Positions 35,803 through 53,062 are shown, numbered from the stretch's first letter. The stretch is DNA of 64,000 nucleotides from Nemertoderma westbladi (GCA_032718475.1 JAUCBJ010009116.1:62001-126000); one strand, 5' to 3'. Program-made: numbers and translations. Notes: a model not told the origin generated them from the sequence alone.

Positions 35803-38800
35803 CACTTTAGTTCAGTTAACACCCACAATACACCAACCCCCCTTCATTTAGTTCAGTTAACACCCACAATACACCAACCCCCCTTCATTTAGTTCAGTTA
35901 ACACCCACAATACACCATCCCCCCTCATTTAGTTCAGTTAACACCCACAATACACCATCCCCCCTTCATTTAGTTCAGTTAACACCCACAATACACCAAC
36001 CCCCCTTCATTTAGTTCAGTTAACACCCACAATACACCATCCCCCCTTCATTTAGTTCAGTTAACACCCACAATACACCATCCCCCCTTCATTTAGTTCA
36101 GTTAACACCCACAATACACCATCCCCCCTTCATTTAGTTCAGTTAACACCCACAATACACCATCCCCCCTTCATTTAGTTCAGTTAACACCCACAATACA
36201 CCATCCCCCCTTCATTTAGTTCAGTTAACACCCACAATACACCATCCCCCCTTCATTTAGTTCAGTTAACACCCACAATACACCATCCCCCCTTCATTTA
36301 GTTCAGTTAACACCCACAATACACCATCCCCCCTTCATTTAGTTCAGTTAACAACCACAATACACCATCCCCTCATTTAGTTCAGTTAACAACCACAATA
36401 CACCATCCCCCCTTCATTTAGTTCAGTTAACACCCACAATACACCATCCCCCCTTCATTTAGCTCAGAAAACAACCACAATACACCAACCCCCCTCATTT
36501 AGTTCAGTTAACACCCACAATACACCATCCCCCCTTCATTTAGTTCAGTTAACACCCACAATACACCATCCCCTCATTTAGTTCAGTTAACAACCACAAT
36601 ACACCATCCCCCCTTCATTTAGTTCAGTTAACACCCACAATACACCATCCCCCCTTCATTTAGCTCAGAAAACAACCACAATACACCAACCCCCCTCATT
36701 TAGTTCAGTTAACACCCACAATACACCATCCCCCCTTCATTTAGTTCAGTTAACACCCACAATACACCAACCCCCCTTCATTTAGTTCAGTTAACAACCA
36801 CAATACACCAACCCCCCTTCATTTAGTTCAGTTAACACCCACAATACACCATCCCCCCTTCATTTAGTTCAGTTAACACCCACAATACACCATCCCCCCT
36901 TCATTTAGCTCAGAAAACAACCACAATACACCACCCCCCTTCATTTAGTTCAGTTAACAACCACAATACACCATCCCCTCATTTAGTTCAGTTAACACCC
37001 ACAATACACCATCCCCCCTTCATTTAGTTCAGTTAACAACCACAATACACCATCCCCCTCATTTAGTTCAGTTAACACCCACAATACACCATCCCCCCCT
37101 CATTTAGTTCAGTTAACAACCACAATACACCATCCCCCTCATTTAGTTCAGTTAACACCCACAATACACCATCCCCCCCTCATTTAGTTCAGTTAACAAC
37201 CACAATACACCATCCCCTCATTTAGTTCAGTTAACACCCACAATACACCATCCCCCCTTCATTTAGTTCAGTTAACACCCACAATACACCATCCCTTCAT
37301 TTAGTTCAGTTAACACCCACAATACACCATCCCCTCATTTAGTTCAGTTAACACCCACAATACACCATCCCTTCATTTAGTTCAGTTAACACCCACAATA
37401 CACCATCCCCTCATTTAGTTCAGTTAACACCCACAATACACCATCCCTTCATTTAGTTCAGTTAACACCCACAATACACCATCCCCTCATTTAGTTCAGT
37501 TAACACCCACAATACACCATCCCCTCATTTAGTTCAGTTAACACCCACAATACACCATCCCCTCATTTAGTTCAGTTAACACCCACAATACACCATCCCC
37601 TCATTTAGTTCAGTTAACACCCACAATACACCATCCCCCCCTCATTTAGTTCAGTTAACAACCACAATACACCATCCCCTCATTTAGTTCAGTTAACACC
37701 CACAATACACCATCCCCTTCATTTAGTTCAGTTAACACCCACAATACACCATCCCCCCTTCATTTAGTTCAGTTAACACCCACAATACACCATCCCCCTC
37801 ATTTAGTTCAGTTAACACCCACAATACACCATCCCTTCATTTAGTTCAGTTAACACCCACAATACACCATCCCCCTTCATTTAGTTCAGTTAACACCCAC
37901 AATACACCATCCCCCTTCATTTAGTTCAGTTAACACCCACAATACACCAACCCCCCTTCATTTATTTCAGTTAACACCCACAATACACCAACCCCCCTTC
38001 ATTTATTTCAGTTAACACCCACAATACACCATCCCCCCTTCATTTAGTTCAGTTAACACCCACAATACACCATCCCCTCATTTAGTTCAGTTAACACCCA
38101 CAATACACCATCCCCCCCTCATTTAGTTCAGTTAACAACCACAATACACCATCCCCTCATTTAGTTCAGTTAACACCCACAATACACCATCCCCCCCTCA
38201 TTTAGTTCAGTTAACAACCACAATACACCATCCCCTCATTTAGTTCAGTTAACACCCACAATACACCATCCCCCTTCATTTAGTTCAGTTAACACCCACA
38301 ATACACCATCCCCCCCTCATTTAGTTCAGTTAACAACCACAATACACCATCCCCCTTCATTTAGTTCAGTTAACAACCACAATACACCATCCCCTCATTT
38401 AGTTCAGTTAACACCCACAATACACCAACCCCCCTTCATTTATTTCAGTTAACACCCACAATACACCAACCCCCCTTCATTTATTTCAGTTAACACCCAC
38501 AATACACCATCCCCTCTTCATTTAGTTCAGTTAACACCCACAATACACCAACCCCCCTTCATTTAGTTCAGTTAACACCCACAATACACCAACCCCCCTT
38601 CATTTATTTCAGTTAACACCCACAATACACCAACCCCCCTTCATTTAGTTCAGTTAACACCCACAATACACCATCCCCCCTTCATTTATTTCAGTTAACA
38701 CCCACAATACACCAACCCCCCTTCATTTATTNNNNNNNNNNNNNNNNNNNNNNNNNNNNNNNNNNNNNNNNNNNNNNNNNNNNNNNNNNNNNNNNNNNNN

Positions 38801-41800
38801 NNNNNNNNNNNNNNNNNNNNNNNNNNNNNNNCAATACACCAACCCCCCTTCATTTATTTCAGTTAACACCCACAATACACCATCCCCATTCATTTAGTTC
38901 AGTTAACACCCACAATACACCATCCCCCCTTCATTTATTTCAGTTAACACCCACAATACACCATCCCCCCTTCATTTAGTTCAGTTAACACCCACAATAC
39001 ACCATCCCCTCTTCATTTAGTTCAGTTAACACCCACAATACACCATCCCCCCTTCATTTAGTTCAGTTAACACCCACAATACACCATCCCCCCTTCATTT
39101 AGTTCAGTTAACACCCACAATACACCAACCCCCCTTCATTTAGTTCAGTTAACACCCACAATACACCATCCCCCCTTCATTTAGTTCAGTTAACACCCAC
39201 AATACACCATCCCCCCTTCATTTAGTTCAGTTAACACCCACAATACACCAACCCCCCTTCATTTAGTTCAGTTAACACCCACAATACACCATCCCCCCTT
39301 CATTTAGTTCAGTTAACACCCACAATACACCATCCCCCCTTCATTTAGTTCAGTTAACACCCACAATACACCATCCCCCCTTCATTTAGTTCAGTTAACA
39401 CCCACAATACACCATCCCCCCTTCATTTAGTTCAGTTAACACCCACAATACACCATCCCCCTTCATTTAGTTCAGTTAACACCCACAATACACCATCCCC
39501 CCTTCATTTAGTTCAGTTAACACCCACAATACACCATCCCCCCTTCATTTAGTTCAGTTAACACCCACAATACACCATCCCCCTTCATTTAGTTCAGTTA
39601 ACACCCACAATACACCATCCCCCCTTCATTTAGTTCAGTTAACACCCACAATACACCATCCCCCTTCATTTAGTTCAGTTAACACCCACAATACACCATC
39701 CCCCCTTCATTTAGTTCAGTTAACACCCACAATACACCATCCCCCCTTCATTTAGTTCAGTTAACACCCACAATACACCATCCCCCCTTCATTTAGTTCA
39801 GTTAACACCCACAATACACCATCCCCCCTTCATTTAGTTCAGTTAACACCCACAATACACCATCCCCCCTTCATTTAGTTCAGTTAACACCCACAATACA
39901 CCATCCCCCCTTCATTTAGTTCAGTTAACACCCACAATACACCATCCCCCCTTCATTTAGTTCAGTTAACACCCACAATACACCATCCCCCCTTCATTTA
40001 GTTCAGTTAACACCCACAATACACCATCCCCCCTTCATTTAGTTCAGTTAACACCCACAATACACCATCCCCCCTTCATTTAGTTCAGTTAACACCCACA
40101 ATACACCATCCCCCCTTCATTTAGTTCAGTTAACACCCACAATACACCATCCCCCCTTCATTTAGTTCAGTTAACACCCACAATACACCATCCCCCCTTC
40201 ATTTAGTTCAGTTAACACCCACAATACACCATCCCCCCTTCATTTAGTTCAGTTAACACCCACAATACACCATCCCCCCTTCATTTAGTTCAGTTAACAC
40301 CCACAATACACCATCCCCCCTTCATTTAGTTCAGTTAACACCCACAATACACCATCCCCCTTCATTTAGTTCAGTTAACACCCACAATACACCATCCCCC
40401 CTTCATTTAGTTCAGTTAACACCCACAATACACCATCCCCCTTCATTTAGTTCAGTTAACACCCACAATACACCATCCCCCCTTCATTTAGTTCAGTTAA
40501 CACCCACAATACACCATCCCCCCTTCATTTAGTTCAGTTAACACCCACAATACACCATCCCCCCTTCATTTAGTTCAGTTAACACCCACAATACACCATC
40601 CCCCCTTCATTTAGTTCAGTTAACACCCACAATACACCATCCCCCCTTCATTTAGTTCAGTTAACACCCACAATACACCATCCCCCCTTCATTTAGTTCA
40701 GTTAACACCCACAATACACCATCCCCCCTTCATTTAGTTCAGTTAACACCCACAATACACCATCCCCCCTTCATTTAGTTCAGTTAACACCCACAATACA
40801 CCATCCCCCCTTCATTTAGTTCAGTTAACACCCACAATACACCATCCCCCCTTCATTTAGTTCAGTTAACACCCACAATACACCATCCCCCCTTCATTTA
40901 GTTCAGTTAACACCCACAATACACCATCCCCCCTTCATTTAGTTCAGTTAACACCCACAATACACCATCCCCCCTTCATTTAGTTCAGTTAACACCCACA
41001 ATACACCATCCCCCCTTCATTTAGTTCAGTTAACACCCACAATACACCATCCCCCCTTCATTTAGTTCAGTTAACACCCACAATACACCATCCCCCCTTC
41101 ATTTAGTTCAGTTAACACCCACAATACACCATCCCCCCTTCATTTAGTTCAGTTAACACCCACAATACACCATCCCCCCTTCATTTAGTTCAGTTAACAC
41201 CCACAATACACCATCCCCCCTTCATTTAGTTCAGTTAACACCCACAATACACCATCCCCCCTTCATTTAGTTCAGTTAACACCCACAATACACCATCCCC
41301 CCTTCATTTAGTTCAGTTAACACCCACAATACACCATCCCCCCTTCATTTAGTTCAGTTAACACCCACAATACACCATCCCCCCTTCATTTAGTTCAGTT
41401 AACACCCACAATACACCATCCCCCCTTCATTTAGTTCAGTTAACACCCACAATACACCATCCCCCCTTCATTTAGTTCAGTTAACACCCACAATACACCA
41501 TCCCCCCTTCATTTAGTTCAGTTAACACCCACAATACACCATCCCCCCTTCATTTAGTTCAGTTAACACCCACAATACACCATCCCCCCTTCATTTAGTT
41601 CAGTTAACACCCACAATACACCATCCCCCCTTCATTTAGTTCAGTTAACACCCACAATACACCATCCCCCCTTCATTTAGTTCAGTTAACACCCACAATA
41701 CACCATCCCCCCTTCATTTAGTTCAGTTAACACCCACAATACACCATCCCCCCTTCATTTAGTTCAGTTAACACCCACAATACACCATCCCCCCTTCATT

Positions 41801-44800
41801 TAGTTCAGTTAACACCCACAATACACCATCCCCCCTTCATTTAGTTCAGTTAACACCCACAATACACCATCCCCCCTTCATTTAGTTCAGTTAACACCCA
41901 CAATACACCATCCCCCCTTCATTTAGTTCAGTTAACACCCACAATACACCATCCCCCCTTCATTTAGTTCAGTTAACACCCACAATACACCATCCCCCCT
42001 TCATTTAGTTCAGTTAACACCCACAATACACCATCCCCCCTTCATTTAGTTCAGTTAACACCCACAATACACCATCCCCCCTTCATTTAGTTCAGTTAAC
42101 ACCCACAATACACCATCCCCCCTTCATTTAGTTCAGTTAACACCCACAATACACCATCCCCCCTTCATTTAGTTCAGTTAACACCCACAATACACCATCC
42201 CCCCTTCATTTAGTTCAGTTAACACCCACAATACACCATCCCCCCTTCATTTAGTTCAGTTAACACCCACAATACACCATCCCCCCTTCATTTAGTTCAG
42301 TTAACACCCACAATACACCATCCCCCCTTCATTTAGTTCAGTTAACACCCACAATACACCATCCCCCCTTCATTTAGTTCAGTTAACACCCACAATACAC
42401 CATCCCCCCTTCATTTAGTTCAGTTAACACCCACAATACACCATCCCCCCTTCATTTAGTTCAGTTAACACCCACAATACACCATCCCCCCTTCATTTAG
42501 TTCAGTTAACACCCACAATACACCATCCCCCCTTCATTTAGTTCAGTTAACACCCACAATACACCATCCCCCCTTCATTTAGTTCAGTTAACACCCACAA
42601 TACACCATCCCCCCTTCATTTAGTTCAGTTAACACCCACAATACACCATCCCCCCTTCATTTAGTTCAGTTAACACCCACAATACACCATCCCCCCTTCA
42701 TTTAGTTCAGTTAACACCCACAATACACCATCCCCCCTTCATTTAGTTCAGTTAACACCCACAATACACCATCCCCCCTTCATTTAGTTCAGTTAACACC
42801 CACAATACACCATCCCCCCTTCATTTAGTTCAGTTAACACCCACAATACACCATCCCCCCTTCATTTAGTTCAGTTAACACCCACAATACACCATCCCCC
42901 CTTCATTTAGTTCAGTTAACACCCACAATACACCATCCCCCCTTCATTTAGTTCAGTTAACACCCACAATACACCATCCCCCCTTCATTTAGTTCAGTTA
43001 ACACCCACAATACACCATCCCCCCTTCATTTAGTTCAGTTAACACCCACAATACACCATCCCCCCTTCATTTAGTTCAGTTAACACCCACAATACACCAT
43101 CCCCCCTTCATTTAGTTCAGTTAACACCCACAATACACCATCCCCCCTTCATTTAGTTCAGTTAACACCCACAATACACCATCCCCCCTTCATTTAGTTC
43201 AGTTAACACCCACAATACACCATCCCCCCTTCATTTAGTTCAGTTAACACCCACAATACACCATCCCCCCTTCATTTAGTTCAGTTAACACCCACAATAC
43301 ACCATCCCCCCTTCATTTAGTTCAGTTAACACCCACAATACACCATCCCCCCTTCATTTAGTTCAGTTAACACCCACAATACACCATCCCCCCTTCATTT
43401 AGTTCAGTTAACACCCACAATACACCATCCCCCCTTCATTTAGTTCAGTTAACACCCACAATACACCATCCCCCCTTCATTTAGTTCAGTTAACACCCAC
43501 AATACACCATCCCCCCTTCATTTAGTTCAGTTAACACCCACAATACACCAACCCCCCTTCATTTAGTTCAGTTAACACCCACAATACACCATCCCCCCTT
43601 CATTTAGTTCAGTTAACACCCACAATACACCATCCCCCCTTCATTTAGTTCAGTTAACACCCACAATACACCATCCCCCCTTCATTTAGTTCAGTTAACA
43701 CCCACAATACACCATCCCCCCTTCATTTAGTTCAGTTAACACCCACAATACACCATCCCCCTTCATTTAGTTCAGTTAACACCCACAATACACCATCCCC
43801 CCTTCATTTAGTTCAGTTAACACCCACAATACACCATCCCCCCTTCATTTAGTTCAGTTAACACCCACAATACACCATCCCCCCTTCATTTAGTTCAGTT
43901 AACACCCACAATACACCATCCCCCCTTCATTTAGTTCAGTTAACACCCACAATACACCATCCCCCCTTCATTTAGTTCAGTTAACACCCACAATACACCA
44001 TCCCCCCTTCATTTAGTTCAGTTAACACCCACAATACACCATCCCCCCTTCATTTAGTTCAGTTAACACCCACAATACACCATCCCCCCTTCATTTAGTT
44101 CAGTTAACACCCACAATACACCATCCCCCCTTCATTTAGTTCAGTTAACACCCACAATACACCATCCCCCCTTCATTTAGTTCAGTTAACACCCACAATA
44201 CACCATCCCCCCTTCATTTAGTTCAGTTAACACCCACAATACACCATCCCCCCTTCATTTAGTTCAGTTAACACCCACAATACACCATCCCCCCTTCATT
44301 TAGTTCAGTTAACACCCACAATACACCATCCCCCCTTCATTTAGTTCAGTTAACACCCACAATACACCATCCCCCCTTCATTTAGTTCAGTTAACACCCA
44401 CAATACACCATCCCCCCTTCATTTAGTTCAGTTAACACCCACAATACACCATCCCCCCTTCATTTAGTTCAGTTAACACCCACAATACACCATCCCCCCT
44501 TCATTTAGTTCAGTTAACACCCACAATACACCATCCCCCCTTCATTTAGTTCAGTTAACACCCACAATACACCATCCCCCCTTCATTTAGTTCAGTTAAC
44601 ACCCACAATACACCATCCCCCCTTCATTTAGTTCAGTTAACACCCACAATACACCATCCCCCTTCATTTAGTTCAGTTAACACCCACAATACACCATCCC
44701 CCCTTCATTTAGTTCAGTTAACACCCACAATACACCATCCCCCCTTCATTTAGTTCAGTTAACACCCACAATACACCATCCCCCCTTCATTTAGTTCAGT

Positions 44801-47800
44801 TAACACCCACAATACACCATCCCCCCTTCATTTAGTTCAGTTAACACCCACAATACACCATCCCCCCTTCATTTAGTTCAGTTAACACCCACAATACACC
44901 ATCCCCCCTTCATTTAGTTCAGTTAACACCCACAATACACCATCCCCCCTTCATTTAGTTCAGTTAACACCCACAATACACCATCCCCCCTTCATTTAGT
45001 TCAGTTAACACCCACAATACACCATCCCCCCTTCATTTAGTTCAGTTAACACCCACAATACACCATCCCCCCTTCATTTAGTTCAGTTAACACCCACAAT
45101 ACACCATCCCCCCTTCATTTAGTTCAGTTAACACCCACAATACACCATCCCCCCTTCATTTAGTTCAGTTAACACCCACAATACACCATCCCCCCTTCAT
45201 TTAGTTCAGTTAACACCCACAATACACCATCCCCCCTTCATTTAGTTCAGTTAACACCCACAATACACCATCCCCCCTTCATTTAGTTCAGTTAACACCC
45301 ACAATACACCATCCCCCCTTCATTTAGTTCAGTTAACACCCACAATACACCATCCCCCCTTCATTTAGTTCAGTTAACACCCACAATACACCATCCCCCC
45401 TTCATTTAGTTCAGTTAACACCCACAATACACCATCCCCCCTTCATTTAGTTCAGTTAACACCCACAATACACCATCCCCCCTTCATTTAGTTCAGTTAA
45501 CACCCACAATACACCATCCCCCCTTCATTTAGTTCAGTTAACACCCACAATACACCATCCCCCCTTCATTTAGTTCAGTTAACACCCACAATACACCATC
45601 CCCCCTTCATTTAGTTCAGTTAACACCCACAATACACCATCCCCCCTTCATTTAGTTCAGTTAACACCCACAATACACCATCCCCCCTTCATTTAGTTCA
45701 GTTAACACCCACAATACACCATCCCCCCTTCATTTAGTTCAGTTAACACCCACAATACACCATCCCCCCTTCATTTAGTTCAGTTAACACCCACAATACA
45801 CCATCCCCCCTTCATTTAGTTCAGTTAACACCCACAATACACCATCCCCCCTTCATTTAGTTCAGTTAACACCCACAATACACCATCCCCCCTTCATTTA
45901 GTTCAGTTAACACCCACAATACACCATCCCCCCTTCATTTAGTTCAGTTAACACCCACAATACACCATCCCCCCTTCATTTAGTTCAGTTAACACCCACA
46001 ATACACCATCCCCCCTTCATTTAGTTCAGTTAACACCCACAATACACCATCCCCCCTTCATTTAGTTCAGTTAACACCCACAATACACCATCCCCCCTTC
46101 ATTTAGTTCAGTTAACACCCACAATACACCATCCCCCCTTCATTTAGTTCAGTTAACACCCACAATACACCATCCCCCCTTCATTTAGTTCAGTTAACAC
46201 CCACAATACACCATCCCCCCTTCATTTAGTTCAGTTAACACCCACAATACACCATCCCCCCTTCATTTAGTTCAGTTAACACCCACAATACACCATCCCC
46301 CCTTCATTTAGTTCAGTTAACACCCACAATACACCATCCCCCCTTCATTTAGTTCAGTTAACACCCACAATACACCATCCCCCCTTCATTTAGTTCAGTT
46401 AACACCCACAATACACCATCCCCCCTTCATTTAGTTCAGTTAACACCCACAATACACCATCCCCCCTTCATTTAGTTCAGTTAACACCCACAATACACCA
46501 TCCCCCCTTCATTTAGTTCAGTTAACACCCACAATACACCATCCCCCCTTCATTTAGTTCAGTTAACACCCACAATACACCATCCCCCCTTCATTTAGTT
46601 CAGTTAACACCCACAATACACCATCCCCCCTTCATTTAGTTCAGTTAACACCCACAATACACCATCCCCCCTTCATTTAGTTCAGTTAACACCCACAATA
46701 CACCATCCCCCCTTCATTTAGTTCAGTTAACACCCACAATACACCATCCCCCCTTCATTTAGTTCAGTTAACACCCACAATACACCATCCCCCCTTCATT
46801 TAGTTCAGTTAACACCCACAATACACCATCCCCCCTTCATTTAGTTCAGTTAACACCCACAATACACCATCCCCCCTTCATTTAGTTCAGTTAACACCCA
46901 CAATACACCATCCCCCCTTCATTTAGTTCAGTTAACACCCACAATACACCATCCCCCCTTCATTTAGTTCAGTTAACACCCACAATACACCATCCCCCCT
47001 TCATTTAGTTCAGTTAACACCCACAATACACCATCCCCCCTTCATTTAGTTCAGTTAACACCCACAATACACCATCCCCCCTTCATTTAGTTCAGTTAAC
47101 ACCCACAATACACCATCCCCCCTTCATTTAGTTCAGTTAACACCCACAATACACCATCCCCCCTTCATTTAGTTCAGTTAACACCCACAATACACCATCC
47201 CCCCTTCATTTAGTTCAGTTAACACCCACAATACACCATCCCCCCTTCATTTAGTTCAGTTAACACCCACAATACACCATCCCCCCTTCATTTAGTTCAG
47301 TTAACACCCACAATACACCATCCCCCCTTCATTTAGTTCAGTTAACACCCACAATACACCATCCCCCCTTCATTTAGTTCAGTTAACACCCACAATACAC
47401 CATCCCCCCTTCATTTAGTTCAGTTAACACCCACAATACACCATCCCCCCTTCATTTAGTTCAGTTAACACCCACAATACACCATCCCCCCTTCATTTAG
47501 TTCAGTTAACACCCACAATACACCATCCCCCCTTCATTTAGTTCAGTTAACACCCACAATACACCATCCCCCCTTCATTTAGTTCAGTTAACACCCACAA
47601 TACACCATCCCCCCTTCATTTAGTTCAGTTAACACCCACAATACACCATCCCCCCTTCATTTAGTTCAGTTAACACCCACAATACACCATCCCCCCTTCA
47701 TTTAGTTCAGTTAACACCCACAATACACCATCCCCCCTTCATTTAGTTCAGTTAACACCCACAATACACCATCCCCCCTTCATTTAGTTCAGTTAACACC

Positions 47801-50800
47801 CACAATACACCATCCCCCCTTCATTTAGTTCAGTTAACACCCACAATACACCATCCCCCCTTCATTTAGTTCAGTTAACACCCACAATACACCATCCCCC
47901 CTTCATTTAGTTCAGTTAACACCCACAATACACCATCCCCCCTTCATTTAGTTCAGTTAACACCCACAATACACCATCCCCCCTTCATTTAGTTCAGTTA
48001 ACACCCACAATACACCATCCCCCCTTCATTTAGTTCAGTTAACACCCACAATACACCATCCCCCCTTCATTTAGTTCAGTTAACACCCACAATACACCAT
48101 CCCCCCTTCATTTAGTTCAGTTAACACCCACAATACACCATCCCCCCTTCATTTAGTTCAGTTAACACCCACAATACACCATCCCCCTTCATTTAGTTCA
48201 GTTAACACCCACAATACACCATCCCCCCTTCATTTAGTTCAGTTAACACCCACAATACACCATCCCCCCTTCATTTAGTTCAGTTAACACCCACAATACA
48301 CCATCCCCCCTTCATTTAGTTCAGTTAACACCCACAATACACCATCCCCCCTTCATTTAGTTCAGTTAACACCCACAATACACCATCCCCCCTTCATTTA
48401 GTTCAGTTAACACCCACAATACACCATCCCCCCTTCATTTAGTTCAGTTAACACCCACAATACACCATCCCCCCTTCATTTAGTTCAGTTAACACCCACA
48501 ATACACCATCCCCCCTTCATTTAGTTCAGTTAACACCCACAATACACCATCCCCCCTTCATTTAGTTCAGTTAACACCCACAATACACCATCCCCCCTTC
48601 ATTTAGTTCAGTTAACACCCACAATACACCATCCCCCCTTCATTTAGTTCAGTTAACACCCACAATACACCATCCCCCCTTCATTTAGTTCAGTTAACAC
48701 CCACAATACACCATCCCCCCTTCATTTAGTTCAGTTAACACCCACAATACACCATCCCCCCTTCATTTAGTTCAGTTAACACCCACAATACACCATCCCC
48801 CCTTCATTTAGTTCAGTTAACACCCACAATACACCATCCCCCCTTCATTTAGTTCAGTTAACACCCACAATACACCATCCCCCCTTCATTTAGTTCAGTT
48901 AACACCCACAATACACCATCCCCCCTTCATTTAGTTCAGTTAACACCCACAATACACCATCCCCCCTTCATTTAGTTCAGTTAACACCCACAATACACCA
49001 TCCCCCCTTCATTTAGTTCAGTTAACACCCACAATACACCATCCCCCCTTCATTTAGTTCAGTTAACACCCACAATACACCATCCCCCCTTCATTTAGTT
49101 CAGTTAACACCCACAATACACCATCCCCCCTTCATTTAGTTCAGTTAACACCCACAATACACCATCCCCCCTTCATTTAGTTCAGTTAACACCCACAATA
49201 CACCATCCCCCCTTCATTTAGTTCAGTTAACACCCACAATACACCATCCCCCCTTCATTTAGTTCAGTTAACACCCACAATACACCATCCCCCCTTCATT
49301 TAGTTCAGTTAACACCCACAATACACCATCCCCCCTTCATTTAGTTCAGTTAACACCCACAATACACCATCCCCCCTTCATTTAGTTCAGTTAACACCCA
49401 CAATACACCATCCCCCCTTCATTTAGTTCAGTTAACACCCACAATACACCATCCCCCCTTCATTTAGTTCAGTTAACACCCACAATACACCATCCCCCTT
49501 CATTTAGTTCAGTTAACACCCACAATACACCATCCCCCCTTCATTTAGTTCAGTTAACACCCACAATACACCATCCCCCCTTCATTTAGTTCAGTTAACA
49601 CCCACAATACACCATCCCCCCTTCATTTAGTTCAGTTAACACCCACAATACACCATCCCCCTTCATTTAGTTCAGTTAACACCCACAATACACCATCCCC
49701 CCTTCATTTAGTTCAGTTAACACCCACAATACACCATCCCCCCTTCATTTAGTTCAGTTAACACCCACAATACACCATCCCCCCTTCATTTAGTTCAGTT
49801 AACACCCACAATACACCATCCCCCCTTCATTTAGTTCAGTTAACACCCACAATACACCATCCCCCCTTCATTTAGTTCAGTTAACACCCACAATACACCA
49901 TCCCCCCTTCATTTAGTTCAGTTAACACCCACAATACACCATCCCCCCTTCATTTAGTTCAGTTAACACCCACAATACACCATCCCCCCTTCATTTAGTT
50001 CAGTTAACACCCACAATACACCATCCCCCCTTCATTTAGTTCAGTTAACACCCACAATACACCATCCCCCCTTCATTTAGTTCAGTTAACACCCACAATA
50101 CACCATCCCCCCTTCATTTAGTTCAGTTAACACCCACAATACACCATCCCCCCTTCATTTAGTTCAGTTAACACCCACAATACACCATCCCCCCTTCATT
50201 TAGTTCAGTTAACACCCACAATACACCATCCCCCCTTCATTTAGTTCAGTTAACACCCACAATACACCATCCCCCCTTCATTTAGTTCAGTTAACACCCA
50301 CAATACACCATCCCCCCTTCATTTAGTTCAGTTAACACCCACAATACACCATCCCCCCTTCATTTAGTTCAGTTAACACCCACAATACACCATCCCCCCT
50401 TCATTTAGTTCAGTTAACACCCACAATACACCATCCCCCCTTCATTTAGTTCAGTTAACACCCACAATACACCATCCCCCTTCATTTAGTTCAGTTAACA
50501 CCCACAATACACCATCCCCCCTTCATTTAGTTCAGTTAACACCCACAATACACCATCCCCCTTCATTTAGTTCAGTTAACACCCACAATACACCATCCCC
50601 CCTTCATTTAGTTCAGTTAACACCCACAATACACCATCCCCCCTTCATTTAGTTCAGTTAACACCCACAATACACCATCCCCCCTTCATTTAGTTCAGTT
50701 AACACCCACAATACACCATCCCCCCTTCATTTAGTTCAGTTAACACCCACAATACACCATCCCCCTCATTTAGTTCAGTTAACAACCACAATACACCATC

Positions 50801-52776
50801 CCCTTCATTTAGTTCAGTTAACACCCACAATACACCATCCCCTCATTTAGTTCAGTTAACACCCACAATACACCATCCCCCCTTCATTTAGTTCAGTTAA
50901 CACCCACAATACACCATCCCCCCTTCATTTAGTTCAGTTAACAACCACAATACACCATCCCCTTCATTTAGTTCAGTTAACAACCACAATACACCATCCC
51001 CCCTTCATTTAGTTCAGTTAACACCCACAATACACCATCCCCCTTCATTTAGTTCAGTTAACACCCACAATACACCATCCCCCCTTCATTTAGTTCAGTT
51101 AACACCCACAATACACCATCCCCCCTTCATTTAGTTCAGTTAACACCCACAATACACCATCCCCCCTTCATTTAGTTCAGTTAACAACCACAATACACCA
51201 TCCCCCCTTCATTTAGTTCAGTTAACACCCACAATACACCATCCCCCCTTCATTTAGTTCAGTTAACACCCACAATACACCATCCCCCTTCATTTAGTTC
51301 AGTTAACAACCACAATACACCATCCCCCCTTCATTTAGTTCAGTTAACACCCACAATACACCATCCCCCCTTCATTTAGTTCAGTTAACACCCACAATAC
51401 ACCATCCCCCTTCATTTAGTTCAGTTAACACCCACAATACACCATCCCCCCTTCATTTAGTTCAGTTAACACCCACAATACACCACCCCCCCTTCATTTA
51501 GTTCAGTTAACACCCACAATACACCATCCCCCCTTCATTTAGTTCAGTTAACAACCACAATACACCATCCCCCCTTCATTTAGTTCAGTTAACACCCACA
51601 ATACACCATCCCCCCTTCATTTAGTTCAGTTAACAACCACAATACACCATCCCCCCTTCATTTAGTTCAGTTAACACCCACAATACACCATCCCCCCTTC
51701 ATTTAGTTCAGTTAACACCCACAATACACCATCCCCCCTTCATTTAGTTCAGTTAACACCCACAATACACCACCCCCCCTTCATTTAGTTCAGTTAACAC
51801 CCACAATACACCACCCCCCCTTCATTTAGTTCAGTTAACACCCACAATACACCATCCCCCCTTCATTTAGTTCAGTTAACAACCACAATACACCATCCCC
51901 CCTTCATTTAGTTCAGTTAACACCCACAATACACCATCCCCCCTTCATTTAGTTCAGTTAACAACCACAATACACCATCCCCCCTTCATTTAGTTCAGTT
52001 AACAACCACAATACACCATCCCCCCTTCATTTAGTTCAGTTAACACCCACAATACACCATCCCCCCTTCATTTAGTTCAGTTAACAACCACAATACACCA
52101 TCCCCCCTTCATTTAGTTCAGTTAACACCCACAATACACCATCCCCCCTTCATTTAGTTCAGTTAACACCCACAATACACCATCCCCCCTTCATTTAGTT
52201 CAGTTAACACCCACAATACACCATCCCCCCTTCATTTAGTTCAGTTAACACCCACAATACACCATCCCCCCTTCATTTAGTTCAGTTAACAACCACAATA
52301 CACCATCCCCCCTTCATTTAGTTCAGTTAACACCACAATACACCATCCCCCCTTCATTTAGTTCAGTTAACACCCACAATACACCATCCCCCCTTCATTT
52401 AGTTCAGTTAACACCCACAATACACCATCCCCCCTTCATTTAGTTCAGTTAACAACCACAATACACCATCCCCCCTTCATTTAGTTCAGTTAACAACCAC
52501 AATACACCATCCCCCCTTCATTTAGTTCAGTTAACACCCACAATACACCATCCCCCCTTCATTTAGTTCAGTTAACACCCACAATACACCATCCCCCCTT
52601 CATTTAGTTCAGTTAACACCCACAATACACCATCCCCCCTTCATTTAGTTCAGTTAACACCCACAATACACCATCCCCCCTTCATTTAGTTCAGTTAACA
52701 ACCACAATACACCATCCCCCATTCATTTAGTTCAGTTAACACCCACAATACACCATCCCCCCTTCATTTAGTTCAT
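35803..52776. repeat. 41-bp satellite array (~410 assembled units, ~17 kb)
   Basis: The unit is catttagttcagttaacacccacaatacaccatcccccctt. The centre is homogeneous and the edges are variant-rich. Confidence 0.99.
38732..38831. other. Assembly gap (100 N) inside the satellite
   Basis: Run of n characters. Confidence 0.99.
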
Positions 52777-53062
52777 TTTGCGACAAGAATGTATGTAGTT
52801 TTATTCCAATATTTTAACATTACGAAATGATTGTATGTATAAATATTATAAGTGATAGAAACTGCACAAATTAAATTAGTTGCTGTATAAATAAATGTAA
52901 ATATGACATAAATTATGTTATAAATAAGTTTGCTTATATTTATCGCGGCGTTTGGAGCCATGTTATAATAATATAGCTAGGCCCTACTGGTTATTAATAG
53001 CTATACCCCGCCTACCGGTAGGTAATGCAGTAGGCCTATCTGGCTGTCAGGCAAATGTCCAC

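Noticed and set aside
52740-52800. 41-bp satellite as a plus-strand acceptor array (ttaac...ccccccttcatttagttcag) ending in a 19-nt micro-exon before gtatgt
   Set aside because: There is no plus-strand gene or ORF here to which it could belong; the stum CDS has already ended.
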